A model generated the notes under the pieces. That model made no database searches. It had not been told where the DNA came from and worked only from the letters and a program-made list of their open reading frames with translations. A DNA stretch of 64,000 nt from assembly GCA_964035575.1 (NCBI GenBank), contig OZ037845.1, positions 1,550,001-1,614,000 of the forward strand, written 5' to 3'. The position numbers were made by a program, and so were the translations under genes. Within the stretch, counting starts at the first letter, position 1; each line of letters opens with the position of its first letter. Below, piece by piece: positions 12,972-25,300 of the stretch. This DNA is from Rhynchopus sp. YZ270_cl-10. Its lineage: Eukaryota.

Positions 12972-13919
12972 CCCCCCCCCCTCCTCCCCGGACCCCCTTT
13001 CGTGTCTCAGCCCCCCTGATTTCCTGTTTTGCAACTTCCAAAGTGCAGCAACATTTCAGGGTTCGAGTTAACCCTGTCCAGGGAACTCTGCACTGTCAAC
13101 TCCACTTTTTTAGATGTGTATGGATATGAGGTACACTCATCTTTCAACCTATGAATTTGTTTTTGTGCTTTCATCCAGATGGCTGGCATTGTATGATGGG
13201 TCAGTCGGAGGTTGCATTAATAACTTCACCTTTTTAAAAATAGGTGTCCAAGCAATGAGAGGCTTCGGTACATCTCCCCCCAACCTTCTCTTTCTGGAGC
13301 TTTAGTGCCTGCGTCCCGGCGTGCTGCACTCTCAACTCCACTTTTTTCTTTTTCCCTCCTCAATATGTCGTGAAGGCACATTCGTCGCTTCCCTTTTGAA
13401 TGGTTGTTTTTTTTGCCCCAAAAACAATTTTTTTCCCCCCATTCTCTTCCCAGCGTCTCCCTAACTAAGTGTACGCAGACGCGATGTACGTATCACCAAT
13501 ATTGTTGCGTTTTCTTTTTCCCCCCCTCCGAAGAAACTGCAAAAAGAATTGTGATGTGACACAGTGTTCTCTTCACACAGGGTCGCCGTTCTATTCCTTT
13601 AAGTTAAAGCATGAGGCTTGATCTTTCAAAAAAAAATTTTTTTGTGCAATACCGACGAAAGCGTGGGGGGGTGTGGGATGGGTTGGGATGACAAGAAAAG
13701 AGAAGACACTCAAGGCCGCAACAAGAACAGGGCTGTTCTCTTTCAATGCAACGCAGGGATCTGTGCAAGACAAACACAATCAGTGCAAAAAGAACGACCT
13801 CTTTTTTTTGGCAAGGTTTGCCCTTATCTCTCATTGCTTGCTTTTCTTTAGTTGTCTATCCCCCCAACCCACTTCCGTTTTTCAATGCACAGATATTCTA
13901 TTCGCACAGCAAAAAAACT

Positions 13920-13950
<31 letters not shown>

Positions 13951-13953
<3 letters not shown>

Positions 13954-14646
13954 CCGACCGGAATCTTGAATGCGCACACCTTCTCGCAGCCTGCACGCTC
14001 TGTTGCGTGGTTCGCTGTCTACGCAAAGTCTGATGTTGAGGTGCGCAATGTTGAGATTCTGACGGGCGAGCAGAATAACCCCGAGTACCTTGCGAAGTTC
14101 CCTGCCGGCAAGGTCCCGTCGTACGAGGAGGGCGACTTCTTCCTGGAGGAGAGTGCTGCGATCCTGCAGTACCTTGCTGAGGGGCACGCTATTGTACCGA
14201 AGGAGAAGAAACAGCAGGCGAAGGTGCAGCAGTTCGTGGCAGCGCACCTGAGCCAGGTGCGTAAGATCACTCTTGAAGTCATGCGCCACTGTGTCTTTGC
14301 GTCGCCCGAGGAGCTCCCCGCCCTGCTCAAGGCAGGCCTCGAGATTGTCACCCCGACCCTGAAGGCGTACGACACCATTCTTGCGAAGCAGAACTTCGTG
14401 GCAGGGGACGACATCTCGATTGCAGACTTCCTCTTCGCACCTGAGGTGGACCAGCTTGTCATTGTGAAGGGGCGTGTTGGGTACAACATCCTCGAGGGAT
14501 ACCCGTCCATCCTGGCATACCTTGAGCGTCTGAACTCCGTTGCGGGCTATACAGCAAACTTCCAGAAGGCAGGTGAATTCCTGAAGAAAGTGCCGGAGAT
14601 CAAGGCCAAGGCCGCTGCTGCCGCTGCTGCTGCTGCTGAGAAGTAG
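13951..14646 (+). CDS. Glutathione S-transferase (theta-like)
   Basis: SQPARSV N-terminal motif, FPAGKVP, LEESAAILQYL, FVAGDDISIADF. Confidence 0.92.
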
Positions 14647-15554
14647 AAGCTCACCTGGTTGTCAGACTAGAGTTTCCTTTCTTTGCATCCTTTGCATGAG
14701 CTCGGTCGAGCTGTTTTGATATGTTTTAGCCACTCTTTCTTTTCTCTGAACATTCTTTCTTGTTTTCTTAGGTGATGGTCATCATCACGCTTCTTTTCCA
14801 CAGAACAGCCGCCTGTTATGTTTCAGTTTTTCTGTTTGGATGTTCTCTCGCTTCTATCTCCATCTAGCTCTACCTCTGTCTACAGGTTTACTTGTTACTC
14901 TTGATATGATATCTGACCCTTGTGGTTCTTTCGTCTTTCAAGAGGGTTTGCTTTGATGTGCACGCGTGGCACATGCACCTTTCAAGAGTTGTTTGTTTCG
15001 AGGATAAGCAGCGGGCACGGGAGTCAAGGCAACATGACATGCCACTTCATATGACGTGTGGTCATGTTCACCCTCACCGCACCCTGCTTACCTCAGCTTA
15101 GTCCGTTGTTTCTGTACATGGTCACCGGATGTGTTTGTCATGTGGTGAATGAGAAAATGCACTCGCTCGCTATTCTGAGCTTGTCTCTCATAGCATCTAT
15201 GAAAACCTCACCCCAGGTGCCACTGAATATGTGCACAAAACTAAATAGCAACGGCGACTTTATTGTTCCCATTATCTCTCCCGCTCAAACCTAAAAAAGC
15301 AATCAAAATAAATGAATACTTTTCCATTTCCCATTGTCATAGTGTAACGGAACACACCCTTCTGATCTTGGAAGCATCGCATGTCTGCAGCCCACCCTGG
15401 TATCTCATCAGGACAGCAATGGTTGGTGAGTGGTTTTCGGATGCAGTTTTTATCCCATAAGACACAACGTATAATGCGGCAATGCAGGTGACTTTGTGAG
15501 GGTGGGTTCATCTTGCCTTTTCTTTTCTATCTGTGGTGACCTGACGATGACACA

Positions 15555-16670
15555 ATGAAGGATGAGCTGGCGGAATGGCTGCATGACAAGGAGGCTCTAG
15601 GTGCGGTGTTCGACCTGCGTGCTGCGGACAGCACGCGCCCCGTGTACATGCCGTACACACCACTGGAGCTGTGGCGCAGTCTGCAGCGCTTTGTTGTGTC
15701 GACTGGTCGTGAGGGCACGAAGCGCAGCGAAGCACTTGACCTTGTGGCACAGACACGCTCCCGCTCACGCGTCAGCATGGCCCCCTACGTCTATGAGCAC
15801 GATGAGCCAGAGGACGTGCCCGAAGCAGATGACACATACTACACTGGGTCGCGGCCACCACGCACAGTGAACCTCGATATGAGCAAAGCAGGCGACGAGC
15901 AGCTCGCCTTCCAATGCATACAGAACTACCAACGTGCCCTCTCCTGCTACCAACGGAGGCGTGAGAACCGCTCAAGCACATTTGTACCGCAATGTATCGC
16001 GCTGTCCGCTATATCAAAGCTGTTGCGTGGCAAGGGAAGGCGCAAGCGGCTGACCAAGATGGGCGGCGTGCCTATCGATGATCTGGCGAACTCTTGCGTG
16101 CGGAAGGAGGAGCGCAAGGCGGTGCGGTTCCATGTAGAGGAGGTACGCAAGAGGCGTGCGGCGAAGGTGTGGGACGTCTGCCTTGATGGGAGCACGCTCG
16201 ACACCTCGCATGCGCCTGCTTACGCAGTGGCTGCACCTGCGTGGGTGGAGGCGGGGCTGCCTTGCAGACGAGTAGAGGTGTGGAAGCTGTGCTACTGTGC
16301 TCTGCAGCACACTGCAGCTGTCCTTGACAGTGCAAGCGTGCTGTCACGGTTCACGAGTCTCGCCTTTCTGGACTTATCCAACAACGAACTAACACAGGTG
16401 CCTCCAGGGCTAGTGTCGCTGCCACTACTCTCAGTGCTCTACCTGCATATGAACCAGATAAACAGTGTTGCCGACCTTGCACCCCTCGAGGGTCTTGCTG
16501 TCACCTCACTTACCCTGCACGGCAACAGAATCACCAAGCCCCCGAAGGAGAACGGCAAGCTCTGCCTGCAGGACAAACGCGGCTACCGTCCCTGTGTGCT
16601 GCGCTACCTCACAAGGCTGCGCAACCTCGACCACACAGCAGTCACAACGCGGGAGCGGGAGCTGTTGTAG
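15555..16670 (+). CDS. Leucine-rich repeat protein with LRRC51-like C-terminus and LRRcap
   Basis: LDLSNNELT, LYLHMNQI, LTLHGNRI, YRPCVLRYLTRLRNLD. Confidence 0.82.
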   Translation: MKDELAEWLHDKEALGAVFDLRAADSTRPVYMPYTPLELWRSLQRFVVSTGREGTKRSEALDLVAQTRSRSRVSMAPYVYEHDEPEDVPEADDTYYTGSRPPRTVNLDMSKAGDEQLAFQCIQNYQRALSCYQRRRENRSSTFVPQCIALSAISKLLRGKGRRKRLTKMGGVPIDDLANSCVRKEERKAVRFHVEEVRKRRAAKVWDVCLDGSTLDTSHAPAYAVAAPAWVEAGLPCRRVEVWKLCYCALQHTAAVLDSASVLSRFTSLAFLDLSNNELTQVPPGLVSLPLLSVLYLHMNQINSVADLAPLEGLAVTSLTLHGNRITKPPKENGKLCLQDKRGYRPCVLRYLTRLRNLDHTAVTTRERELL

Positions 16671-16826
16671 CACAGCTTTCCAGGCGTCCCCCTTTTTTCC
16701 TCTCTTCCGAAACACGACAATTACACTTCCAAAAAAATGCATCCCCTTTTTTCAATTTCCCCCCCTCCCCCCTCACTCCCAACCATTTATTTACAGGGGC
16801 AAATTTTTACACCTTTTTTTTGCCGG

Positions 16827-18822
16827 ATGAAATATGTGTCGAAGAGCGCGCATTTTGGGGGGTGCAAGGTGCGCATATTTGCTGTACATGCGACAGACGG
16901 GTATGCGGCAGTGCTTATGAAACACGAGCCGACATTGTACCTGTTTGACATACGGAGCAATACTGTGACGTCGAAGCTGAACCTGCACCAAGTCACATCC
17001 GTGCCTGCAGACCATAAGTGGGGTGACATCCGGAGTCTGCACTTCCACGACAACAAGACGACGCACGCAAACTCTCCGCAGACAGCAGACTTCCGCACCT
17101 CGGCCAACCTGCACCTCAGCACCAGCTCGCCGCCACCACGGCCCTACCCCACCACGACAATCACAATGATGACAGACACCCTGGTCTTCTCTCTCCCCCT
17201 GCACACATACGCACCGGGAACATCCGCCAAGCACCACACAAAGGAGACACTCTTCGTGAAGCTCTCGCAGGAGGAGATACGCCCCATTGCCTTTTCGTGT
17301 GTTGCGCCGATGTACGTCTGCCCGGGGCTGGTGGTTGCTGCAACGACAGGTATGTTTTGGGGTCATATTGCTTACCCTTTCCCTTCATTGCGATAATATT
17401 TTACTTTTCACATTCTCCTGTTGTCTACTTTCTCAATTCACAGGAAAAATTGCGATGTGGGACTTCGAAACGAACCGCGTGAATGTGTACCCCAATGCAC
17501 CACGTTGCGGTATCAACGCAATGACATCGGTGTTGAAGAACGAAGAGGACACGGCTAAGGGGTCTGTCTCGCTTCTCATTGGCAACGACGACGGCAGTGT
17601 GATGTGCCTCTCCGTGACCCCCAAGCTCTTCGGCAGCGTAGCGTGGACGGTCAAGATCGGCGAGCCTGTTGTCGCCTTCTCTTGGCACCAAAAGACACAA
17701 ATGGTCTTCGCCAGCGCTGTGTCTGGCACCGCAACACTAAAAATGAGCACCGGAGAAGAAGGAGCACCGCGATTCAAATTTTCCAAAAAACCTGGCACAG
17801 CTTTGGGCATTGCTATGCTTCTTCAGGGAACCGAAAACAAATTTGTTGTGCCATATGAATACAACAAGGCCTTCCTCATTGGAGAAGGCGGGAGCAGTGG
17901 GAGCGACGTTGTTGAGCTTTGCGACCTCAAACGGACCAGCGGAGAAGCATCCCACCTCTATGGGGTGTCTGCAAGCTCCATAGCCTCAGATGGGTTCTTC
18001 ATTGCACACAACCATGGCGTTCTTCGGTTCCTCCCAGAGGCTACGACAGCACCTCTCACCGAGGTCCACCACCCACACCAACCCCTCACTGCACGCATCC
18101 TCAACAGCACCGTCCAAATCTCCTCCCAAAACACCCCCCTCGCCACAGCACCCCTCCCCAACGCGCGCTCCCTCCACACCGGCCCCTGGCTTGGCATCAC
18201 CACCCCAACCTCCTTCCTCTTCTACTCTTGGCGTACATTGGAGCCTATCTCCAAGGGAACAGTTGGTTCTTTATCTCCACCAAATTCTGTGGCTTGGGGA
18301 GGTGCATGGTGTGCATTGGTATATGATACTGGGGTGTTTGTGTTTAAAGCGGAGGGAGGTTGTTTTGAGCATGTGTGCAGTGTATGTGTGCAGGCAGGGG
18401 TGGTTGCGTGGGCGTATGATGGGGCGGTGTTGTTTGTAGATGTGGCGGAATCGGTGTTGGCAGTGTTTCCATATGCAGGGGGGTATGACTGTGTAGTTGT
18501 GGCATCGTTCGCTGCAGCACAGTACTACGCAGCGCTGTCTACGGTGCAGGAAGGCAGCATAGGTTCGCGCTCCGTTCTCGATACAAACTCATGCATTCTA
18601 AAGCCCCAAGGGAAAATCACCTCAATCTCCTGCACCAACGGACGCATTCTCCTCGCCTCCTCCACCCCAGCAGACCACGAACTCCCAGGAACCATAAAAT
18701 GGAGGATCATGGCACAACGTGGCCTTCTCGAAGAAGCGCGCTCCTGGGGGACTCAAGGATGCGAGAAATCGGAGGTGATAGAAGCATTTATTGCACGGAG
18801 GCAACCTGCAACGGCGGGGTGA
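16827..18822 (+). CDS. Beta-propeller (WD40-like) protein, 2 exons (16827-17349, 17444-18822)
   Basis: Intron 17350-17443 GTATGT..CACAG joins frames; GKIAMWD and LLIGNDDGSV-type beta-strand repeats. Confidence 0.7.
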
Positions 18823-18987
18823 ACCTAACAGATGCATCTTTCAAGCATTTTCTTTTGGCCTTTAGTAAAGTAAACGTACATTTTCCCCCAACCATTTTAA
18901 AAAATTTCCCCCTCAAGATCATTCTCCATCATCATCTCAGGGTACCTTTAGAAAGGTGCAAAAAAAAAAAAGTGTAAAAACAGCACA

Positions 18988-20437
18988 ATGGCGGTGAGCT
19001 ATGAAAGCCAAGGCACGCCGTATCACCAGGACTTCCAGGATGGGGCCTCGGAGTACCTGCGGTTACACAACAAACACACAGAGTCGGTGACGTACTCGCC
19101 GTATGTGACTGCACGGGGTGCCGCTGCACCGTCGCAGGCTTCACCTTCTAGAGTGGCAACGTACCCACGACCGGTAGAGGTCTCACAAACAGCGTCGTCA
19201 CCTCCAAAGGTATGCTCAATGTTTTTTTTTTTTTTTTGATAAAACAACTTCTTGCCGATTCTAAAAATATTGGAGGCAGTGCTGCGGGCAAAAAACGGAT
19301 TGAAAAAAAAAGACAGAAGCTTGCTTTTCTTGTACTCAATTAACCACAACTTCAGTTTTAACACATTTTTTTCACCTTTTTGTTTTCTGGCTTTGAGCGC
19401 ATAAAACAAACCTGAATTCCTCACACCCACTACAGAAAGTATCGCCCGGTCGAATGCGTGGTGCATATGACCCACAAGCATTTGACATGAAGTCCTCATA
19501 TCCTTCGTATACTGGAGCTGCCCCTTCAGGTGTGCATGAGGATGCGCAGGCAGAGCGGGTACAAGAGATCATTCAGCACCGAAGGTTTTCGAACCCTTCT
19601 ACGCAGGCCCCGCCGACAAGCCCTTTCCGGAAGCGGCCGCAGGGGACCACCATTGCGAAGGCACGGTCGATCTCGCCACCACACCACAGCCTCCACCCCA
19701 CCTCTACCTTGGTGCCTGCAGAGGGTATCCCTGCGCCTAGCAGATCCTATGAACAGCAGCCTGCTGTGAACAACATTGATATGACCGCATGGCGGATGCG
19801 GCTTAATTCGATTCAGGCAGAGGAACTGAGACAGCTCATCTCCTCGAACTACGACCGGAACTGCAGTGGGTCGATCGATTTTTGCGATTTTTTGGCGTTG
19901 TGGTTTTCGCAGCAGCTCTTCCAGATTAAACGCTCTGCGGCGACTGTCACTTCGGAAGGGAAGGAGACCGAAACCTTTGAGGTCCAAGCCAAACACATCT
20001 ACCGCGTCCGCGAAATCTTCAACGAATACGAGGAGAGTTATCTCAGCGGAATCCGCTACGGTCTGGTCAGCGCAATGCTGAAAGACCTAGTGTACGACAG
20101 AGACCACGAGGTGCAACACTACTACGGAGTGAGCACAGACGACATGGTCAGCCTCATAGAAGAACTCAGCACACACCGCCTCGCCAAGGCACAAATAGGT
20201 GGTAAAGAGCCACGCTACGACTTCGCGTACATCTTCCAGCTCCTCTTCAAGTACATAACAGACACAGAAGAGATCGCGCTCTTCTACGACGAGGGCTGCA
20301 AGGTCTTCCAAGCCCTCCGCACAAAGGAGTACGGCGAGCAGCCCATCTACCAAAACTCCACCGTCTCAACAAAGCTTCTGGTAAAGCTGCTGACCGCCTT
20401 CCCCAGGAAGGAGGAAGAGTATGTTTTGGGGGGTTGA
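18988..20437 (+). CDS. Hypothetical protein with EF-hand-like motif, 2 exons (18988-19209, 19436-20437)
   Basis: Intron 19210-19435 GTATGC..TACAG, phase 0; YDRNCSGSIDFCDFL EF-hand-like loop. Confidence 0.75.
19230..19410 (+). repeat. Dispersed repeat filling an intron; second copy at ~45618-45810
   Basis: ~180 bp similarity (ttttgataaaacaactt...ttggaggcag...gtactcaattaaccacaac...ggctttgagcgca). Confidence 0.85.
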
Positions 20438-21179
20438 TTTTCATTGGCAAAGGGAGAGTCTTTCAAAAGACAGACAAAAGAAAAATGTCACTTTTGTGTT
20501 CCCCGCAGGACAGCGTATCGGAATGGTGGTAAAAACGCTGGTATCTTTTCATGTAAACCACTCCCAAGCGCAACACTCCGGGGTTCGATAACCCGCGGAG
20601 TGTCAGTGCCTGCGTCCCAGAGGCGTTTGCACTGTCCACTTAACTTTCGTGTTTGAGTTTTGTTCAAAAAAATTGAAGGGGAGGGAAACAAACAACACAC
20701 ACCATAAAACAGCACCTCAACAGCACCGTTCCCGACTCACAAGATTGAAGAGGAGTTGCTGCTTGGCTCGCAAATGTAGAAATATTAAAAAAACAGAACG
20801 GAAAGTCCACGAAAAGGAGATCGAGGGGGGGGGGGAGATCTCAATGGTTAACCGTTTTCAGATATCAAAAAATACAAAGCAAATTTAAAAAAAAAAAAAT
20901 TTCCAGAACTCACCTTTGGTGGTTGTCAATAGAAAATATACTGAAGTTTTTTTAGAATTAATTTTTATGTGTGGCAATTTTTGTTTCTTAGTTGCAAAGC
21001 GTTTTTGGTATTGCTAATAGTCAGGAGAACACTGCACAGTAGGTAGGAGGGAGGTCCACTCGCGTTTCCCTTTTTTCCCAACAAAAGGGCGTGACTTTCC
21101 TGCCTTGTTTTACAAAAAAAATGTAGTTTTTTTTTCTTTCGATCCCATCTTTCGATTGAAAATTATATCTTAATCTATA

Positions 21180-22524
21180 CATAGCGCTCCAATTAGAGTG
21201 TTAGGGTATAATTAGAGTCTGGGATTTTGGGTCAAGTCAGTTAGAGTCCAGTTAGAGTATAATTAGAGTCGCTTTTCTTCAATTAGACTATAATTAGAGC
21301 GCAGTTAGAGCATAATTAGACTCTAACTACACTCTAATTATAGTCTAATTAGAGTAAAACAACAGGCTTCTTGTAGGTGCAAACGCCTTAAGGAACCGGT
21401 TCCCCTAAGGTTCCTCTGTAGGACCCAGGTGTCCAGGTGCCCACATAGCTGAGAATAAGACTTGGGGACCCGGGACCCGGTTATTCTCAGCCGGACTGGG
21501 ACACAACTATGTGAAGGCGCTGTGGGTCCGCCTGAAAGCGGGTCGGGGACCCGGTCGCGGGAGGGTGGGGGCCTAGTCCAAGTCCTACTGTACCTAGTAC
21601 CCGGGACTCGGGACCCGGCTTATTCTCAGCTATGGGTACCCGGACCCGCAGTGGCACATGCCCTCAAGTGTGAGTGACCCACACATGAGGGAATGCGACA
21701 CCGCAAAAACTCTTCGTGCACCTTCGGGTGCAATGCCGCAGACAGGCCAAACAGCGTTGGACTCAGAGGAATTCCTGCTGTGCAGGTAACAAACATGAGA
21801 ACCAACTCCCAGTAACAAGGGGCGCCTTTTGGCGGGCGTTGTTGAGGGTGTTTGGGGTGCAAAGTTTTCCACAATTTTGATGCGCGGGTACAGAAGTGTT
21901 GTCTTGTTCTTTCATCTCTAGGAATGTAAATGTCAATCGAGTTTAACTACCACTAAGGGGTCGAAGGGGATAATCCCAGTATCAAAGGTTGTGTCGACGG
22001 GAAATCTATGAGTATACGTTCATTTCATCCGCAGAAATAACTACTTATGAACCCAGGAGAGATCCAAGCCTCGCGCTAAACCACCACCCGCGATTGACTT
22101 AGATGTTATAACAAAGAGAATTCATAACAAACAACACCCTACCCCATGCACACTAAAGTGCCATGCTTCAAGTGATCATGCCCTGGGCCAAAATTCCTGT
22201 GCTAAAAAGGCAACAAGACCAGTGTGAATTGTGCACTGGTTTTCTGGGGGAACAAACAATATTTTCTTGTATCTAGTCCTCTGCAAGCAGAAAACAGACG
22301 TTCTGGATTACAAAATCGAATTTCTTGCACTGGCTATGCTCCCTGGGTTTATGGCTATAGCATTGGTTGATGTGCCCCTCTTATTGACCCTATTATAAGA
22401 CTCTAATTAGAGTCTAATTAGAGTCCAGTTAGAGTATTAGAGTTCAGTTAGAGTTTTAAAGACTCTAATTATACTCTAACTGCCGACTCTAATTATCTAG
22501 TTGGAGTCTAATTAGAGCGCTATG
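21180..22524. mobile_element. TIR element with subterminal AATTAGAG/CTCTAATT arrays
   Basis: TIR CATAGCGCTC(C/T)AATTAGA at both ends, flanked by TA(TA); many aattagag motifs at 21190-21355 and 22395-22520; TSD ambiguous (TA vs 8-bp cttaatct/attaatct). Confidence 0.8.
21446..21632. mobile_element. Small MITE nested in the 21180 element (AGCTGAGAATAA TIR)
   Basis: TAGCTGAGAATAAG / CTTATTCTCAGCTA; related copy at 23379-23483. Confidence 0.7.
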
Positions 22525-23378
22525 TATATTAATCTTTTTTCTTGTTTGGAACAACCACCTGGACCCCACAGTCTTGGAGACTGATCCAATCACACTGTGC
22601 TGTACGCACCCTTTCGATAGTGGTGCATTTCCTCTAAGCCAGACAGACAAGAGACTCCGATGAAAATGCCTTTTTGGCAATCATCGGATTATCTAAAAAA
22701 GCTCCCTTTTTTTTTGCAGCTTTTTTCCACTTTCTCTTTTCAGCTGTGTTCGCAAAACCCCAAAATGGGCAATGCGTCAATATCCCTTTAGACTGTTTTC
22801 CTTTTGTTTGTACGATGATATAAAACGTAGTACGAGGTGTTAGCACCTAGCACCCTCCATAAGTCCACCCTGATGACTGTGCTGCAGTCTGACCGTATTT
22901 TTTACCCATTATAATGAGTGCTGTGAATTTATTTTTGGCAACTAATAATGTTCTGTTGTTGGTCGTAGGGTACTTTGTGCTTTCATCCAGCTGGCATCAG
23001 TGAGTCAGCGGGAGGTGCCTGCATTAATAACTTCGCTTTTAAAAATTGAGAAGGGGAGTTTTTTGCACCGTACTCTTTGGTTTTTGGACCCGAGCACAGA
23101 GAGGCTTAGGTTCATTTTTACAAAAAAAAAAAAAAAAATCTCTATTTTGCTGTCTCAGACAGTAGGCGTCTTTCCCCCTGCCTCTTCCACACAAATAATT
23201 CCTCTGAAGCCGGCAGATATGTTCCTGCGAAGAATTTTTTTTTGGAATTTTTCGCAATCCGATTATTTTTTTGTCCATTTTTTTTTATGTTCCCCCTCCT
23301 TTCGCCCCCTTAGAATTTCATAAAAACAAAAAAATCATTACCTTTTCGCCACAACATTTCTCTCCAACTACCCCCTCC

Positions 23379-23483
23379 CAGCTGAGAATAAGACTCGGGG
23401 ACCGGAGTCCCGGTTATTCTCATCCGTACTGGGACCTGGACCTGGACCTGGGCCCAGTGACCGGGGACGGTTATTCTCAGCTG
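23379..23483. mobile_element. 105-bp MITE (CAGCTGAGAATAA TIR)
   Basis: CAGCTGAGAATAA / TTATTCTCAGCTG; degenerate 8-bp flanks ccccctcc/tgccctcc. Confidence 0.72.
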
Positions 23484-23603
23484 TGCCCTCCTCCCCTCCC
23501 CCTTATCTACCCATCACTCTTTCTCTCCCATCCCCTCGACCCACATCACTACACCACCATGCCACCACATCCCCCTTTTCCAGCATACATCAAAAGCGCA
23601 CCG

Positions 23604-24632
23604 ATGAAACGATCCCGCGCAGACGAAGCGTTTTCCCCTTCTAATAAACGCAAGCGTTCCTCTCCTGAGACAAATGGGGCAAAATTTTCGTTTTCACCAC
23701 CGCCAGTAAAGGAGGCAGAGGCGGCGAGCAAGACGGTGCAGCGAAGCAGTGTTAAAGCACAGTTGGGCCGCGCTCGGAATGCGCGGAACAATGCGCTTAG
23801 CGCACTACGCAAAAGCAAGACAACCAAATCCGGTAAGTCGCCGTCACCCCTCTCACACCCCTCTGCGTTTGACACCGTCACGGTGTCATCTGCGTCTCCC
23901 TACCCTGTCCCAGTGAACGTCATGACAAAGCCTTTGCAAGGCCTCAACCCTATCAAATGCAGTACATACGGCGTCTGTTCAGAGATGCTTCGCCCTGAAG
24001 CGGTGAACCCTAATGCACAAACCTTTGTACTGTGCATGGACTGCGACACAACACAGTGCGCACAATGCGCTGCGACGCACACTGCACAGCACAGTAGAAT
24101 TGATATCATGCTGTGTGCGTTGTGTGGCTGTGTACACCCTGCATTAGAGGCTATGTGTGATGCGCTGTGGTGCAAAACGTGTGGTACGCAACAACATGAA
24201 GGGGAGTGCCGGTTCAATGCAGGTACCTGTGGAAACTGTGGTACAGGGTGTGACCATTCGGAGGACTTCTGTCCGTTTGTGGGCATAGTGAAAGGGTCGG
24301 AGATGTGTCCGAAGGAGATGATAGTTGTGCAGTCGTCTGCAGTCCCCGAGGATGGCTTCCTTGCCTTTCTCCGTACAGGTGCCCCGCCCGCAACGACGTT
24401 GCCACGTAAGAAAGAAAAGCTCCAAGACACCATGCCAGCGAACCTCGTCGTCTGCGCAGTGTGCGGCTCAAACGACCATCTCCTCTGTGCGAAAAACGCG
24501 AAGCGTGCCGAACGTTCCACACAAGAAGCGGAAAAGCTGCAAAAACGACTTCTTTGCTTCAAATGCCACGAAATAGGGCATGTCACAGCAATGTGCACGA
24601 AGTTTAAGAAGAAATCCTATACCACTGGGTAA
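23604..24632 (+). CDS. CCHC zinc-knuckle protein (AIR1/ZCCHC7-like), with B-box-like Cys/His cluster
   Basis: CGNCGTGCDHSEDFC, CAVCGSNDHLLC, CFKCHEIGHVTAMC; basic NLS-like N-terminus; start could alternatively be 23559. Confidence 0.75.
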   Translation: MKRSRADEAFSPSNKRKRSSPETNGAKFSFSPPPVKEAEAASKTVQRSSVKAQLGRARNARNNALSALRKSKTTKSGKSPSPLSHPSAFDTVTVSSASPYPVPVNVMTKPLQGLNPIKCSTYGVCSEMLRPEAVNPNAQTFVLCMDCDTTQCAQCAATHTAQHSRIDIMLCALCGCVHPALEAMCDALWCKTCGTQQHEGECRFNAGTCGNCGTGCDHSEDFCPFVGIVKGSEMCPKEMIVVQSSAVPEDGFLAFLRTGAPPATTLPRKKEKLQDTMPANLVVCAVCGSNDHLLCAKNAKRAERSTQEAEKLQKRLLCFKCHEIGHVTAMCTKFKKKSYTTG

Positions 24633-25300
24633 ATGAGCTGGGGGAATGGGTAGGGGTGTGGCAAGTCAGCTGTATTGTGATGTGTATTATGTATTATGAT
24701 GGCCAATTATTACAATACAGACACCGCTACCTACAAGGGGGAGGGGGACCAGAGATAGTGTGAAAGCTTTTCCAAATGCGAAACTCACTTCTCTTAGAAA
24801 AAAAGAAAGATTCTGTCAAAACAGAGGATCGCTCTCTGCTACTAACATAACCGTTTTCAAAACAAAAGAACCCCCTTTTTTTGGAAACGACTTTTTCACT
24901 TTGTAATTTCATTTTTTTTTTGTGTTTTGTCGATACACAAAAATTCTCAGTCAGGCTTTCACAGAAAGCTAACATCCCGTATGGCAACTACATCTATCCC
25001 AACATCAGAACGAAAAAAGTACGTTATTTCCGTATCCCCTTTTGCATTAAAAGCTCTTAATTTCGACTCACCATCTTGTTCGCTTTTCCCCCCCATTCAC
25101 TTCATACAGCGTCGAGAACTGAGAACTCACAGTTGCTAATGTAACGGTCCTTCACCTTCACCTTCACAGAGCTCATAGCTCAGGCAGGTGGCCACATTCC
25201 CATACCCTAGTTCTTTTTCAGGTACACTGTCACGAGAGGGCTTTGTATCTCAAGTCAACTCCTTTTCAACTCCACCTTTTCCAGAAAATACACAAAAAAA

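Noticed and set aside
11666..13071. Mirrored identical ORFs on both strands
   Set aside because: Artefact of the palindrome; AT-rich homopolymer runs and no domain.
22869..22926. Possible C/D box snoRNA (TGATGA...CTGA)
   Set aside because: Boxes too close, no terminal stem or recognisable rRNA guide.
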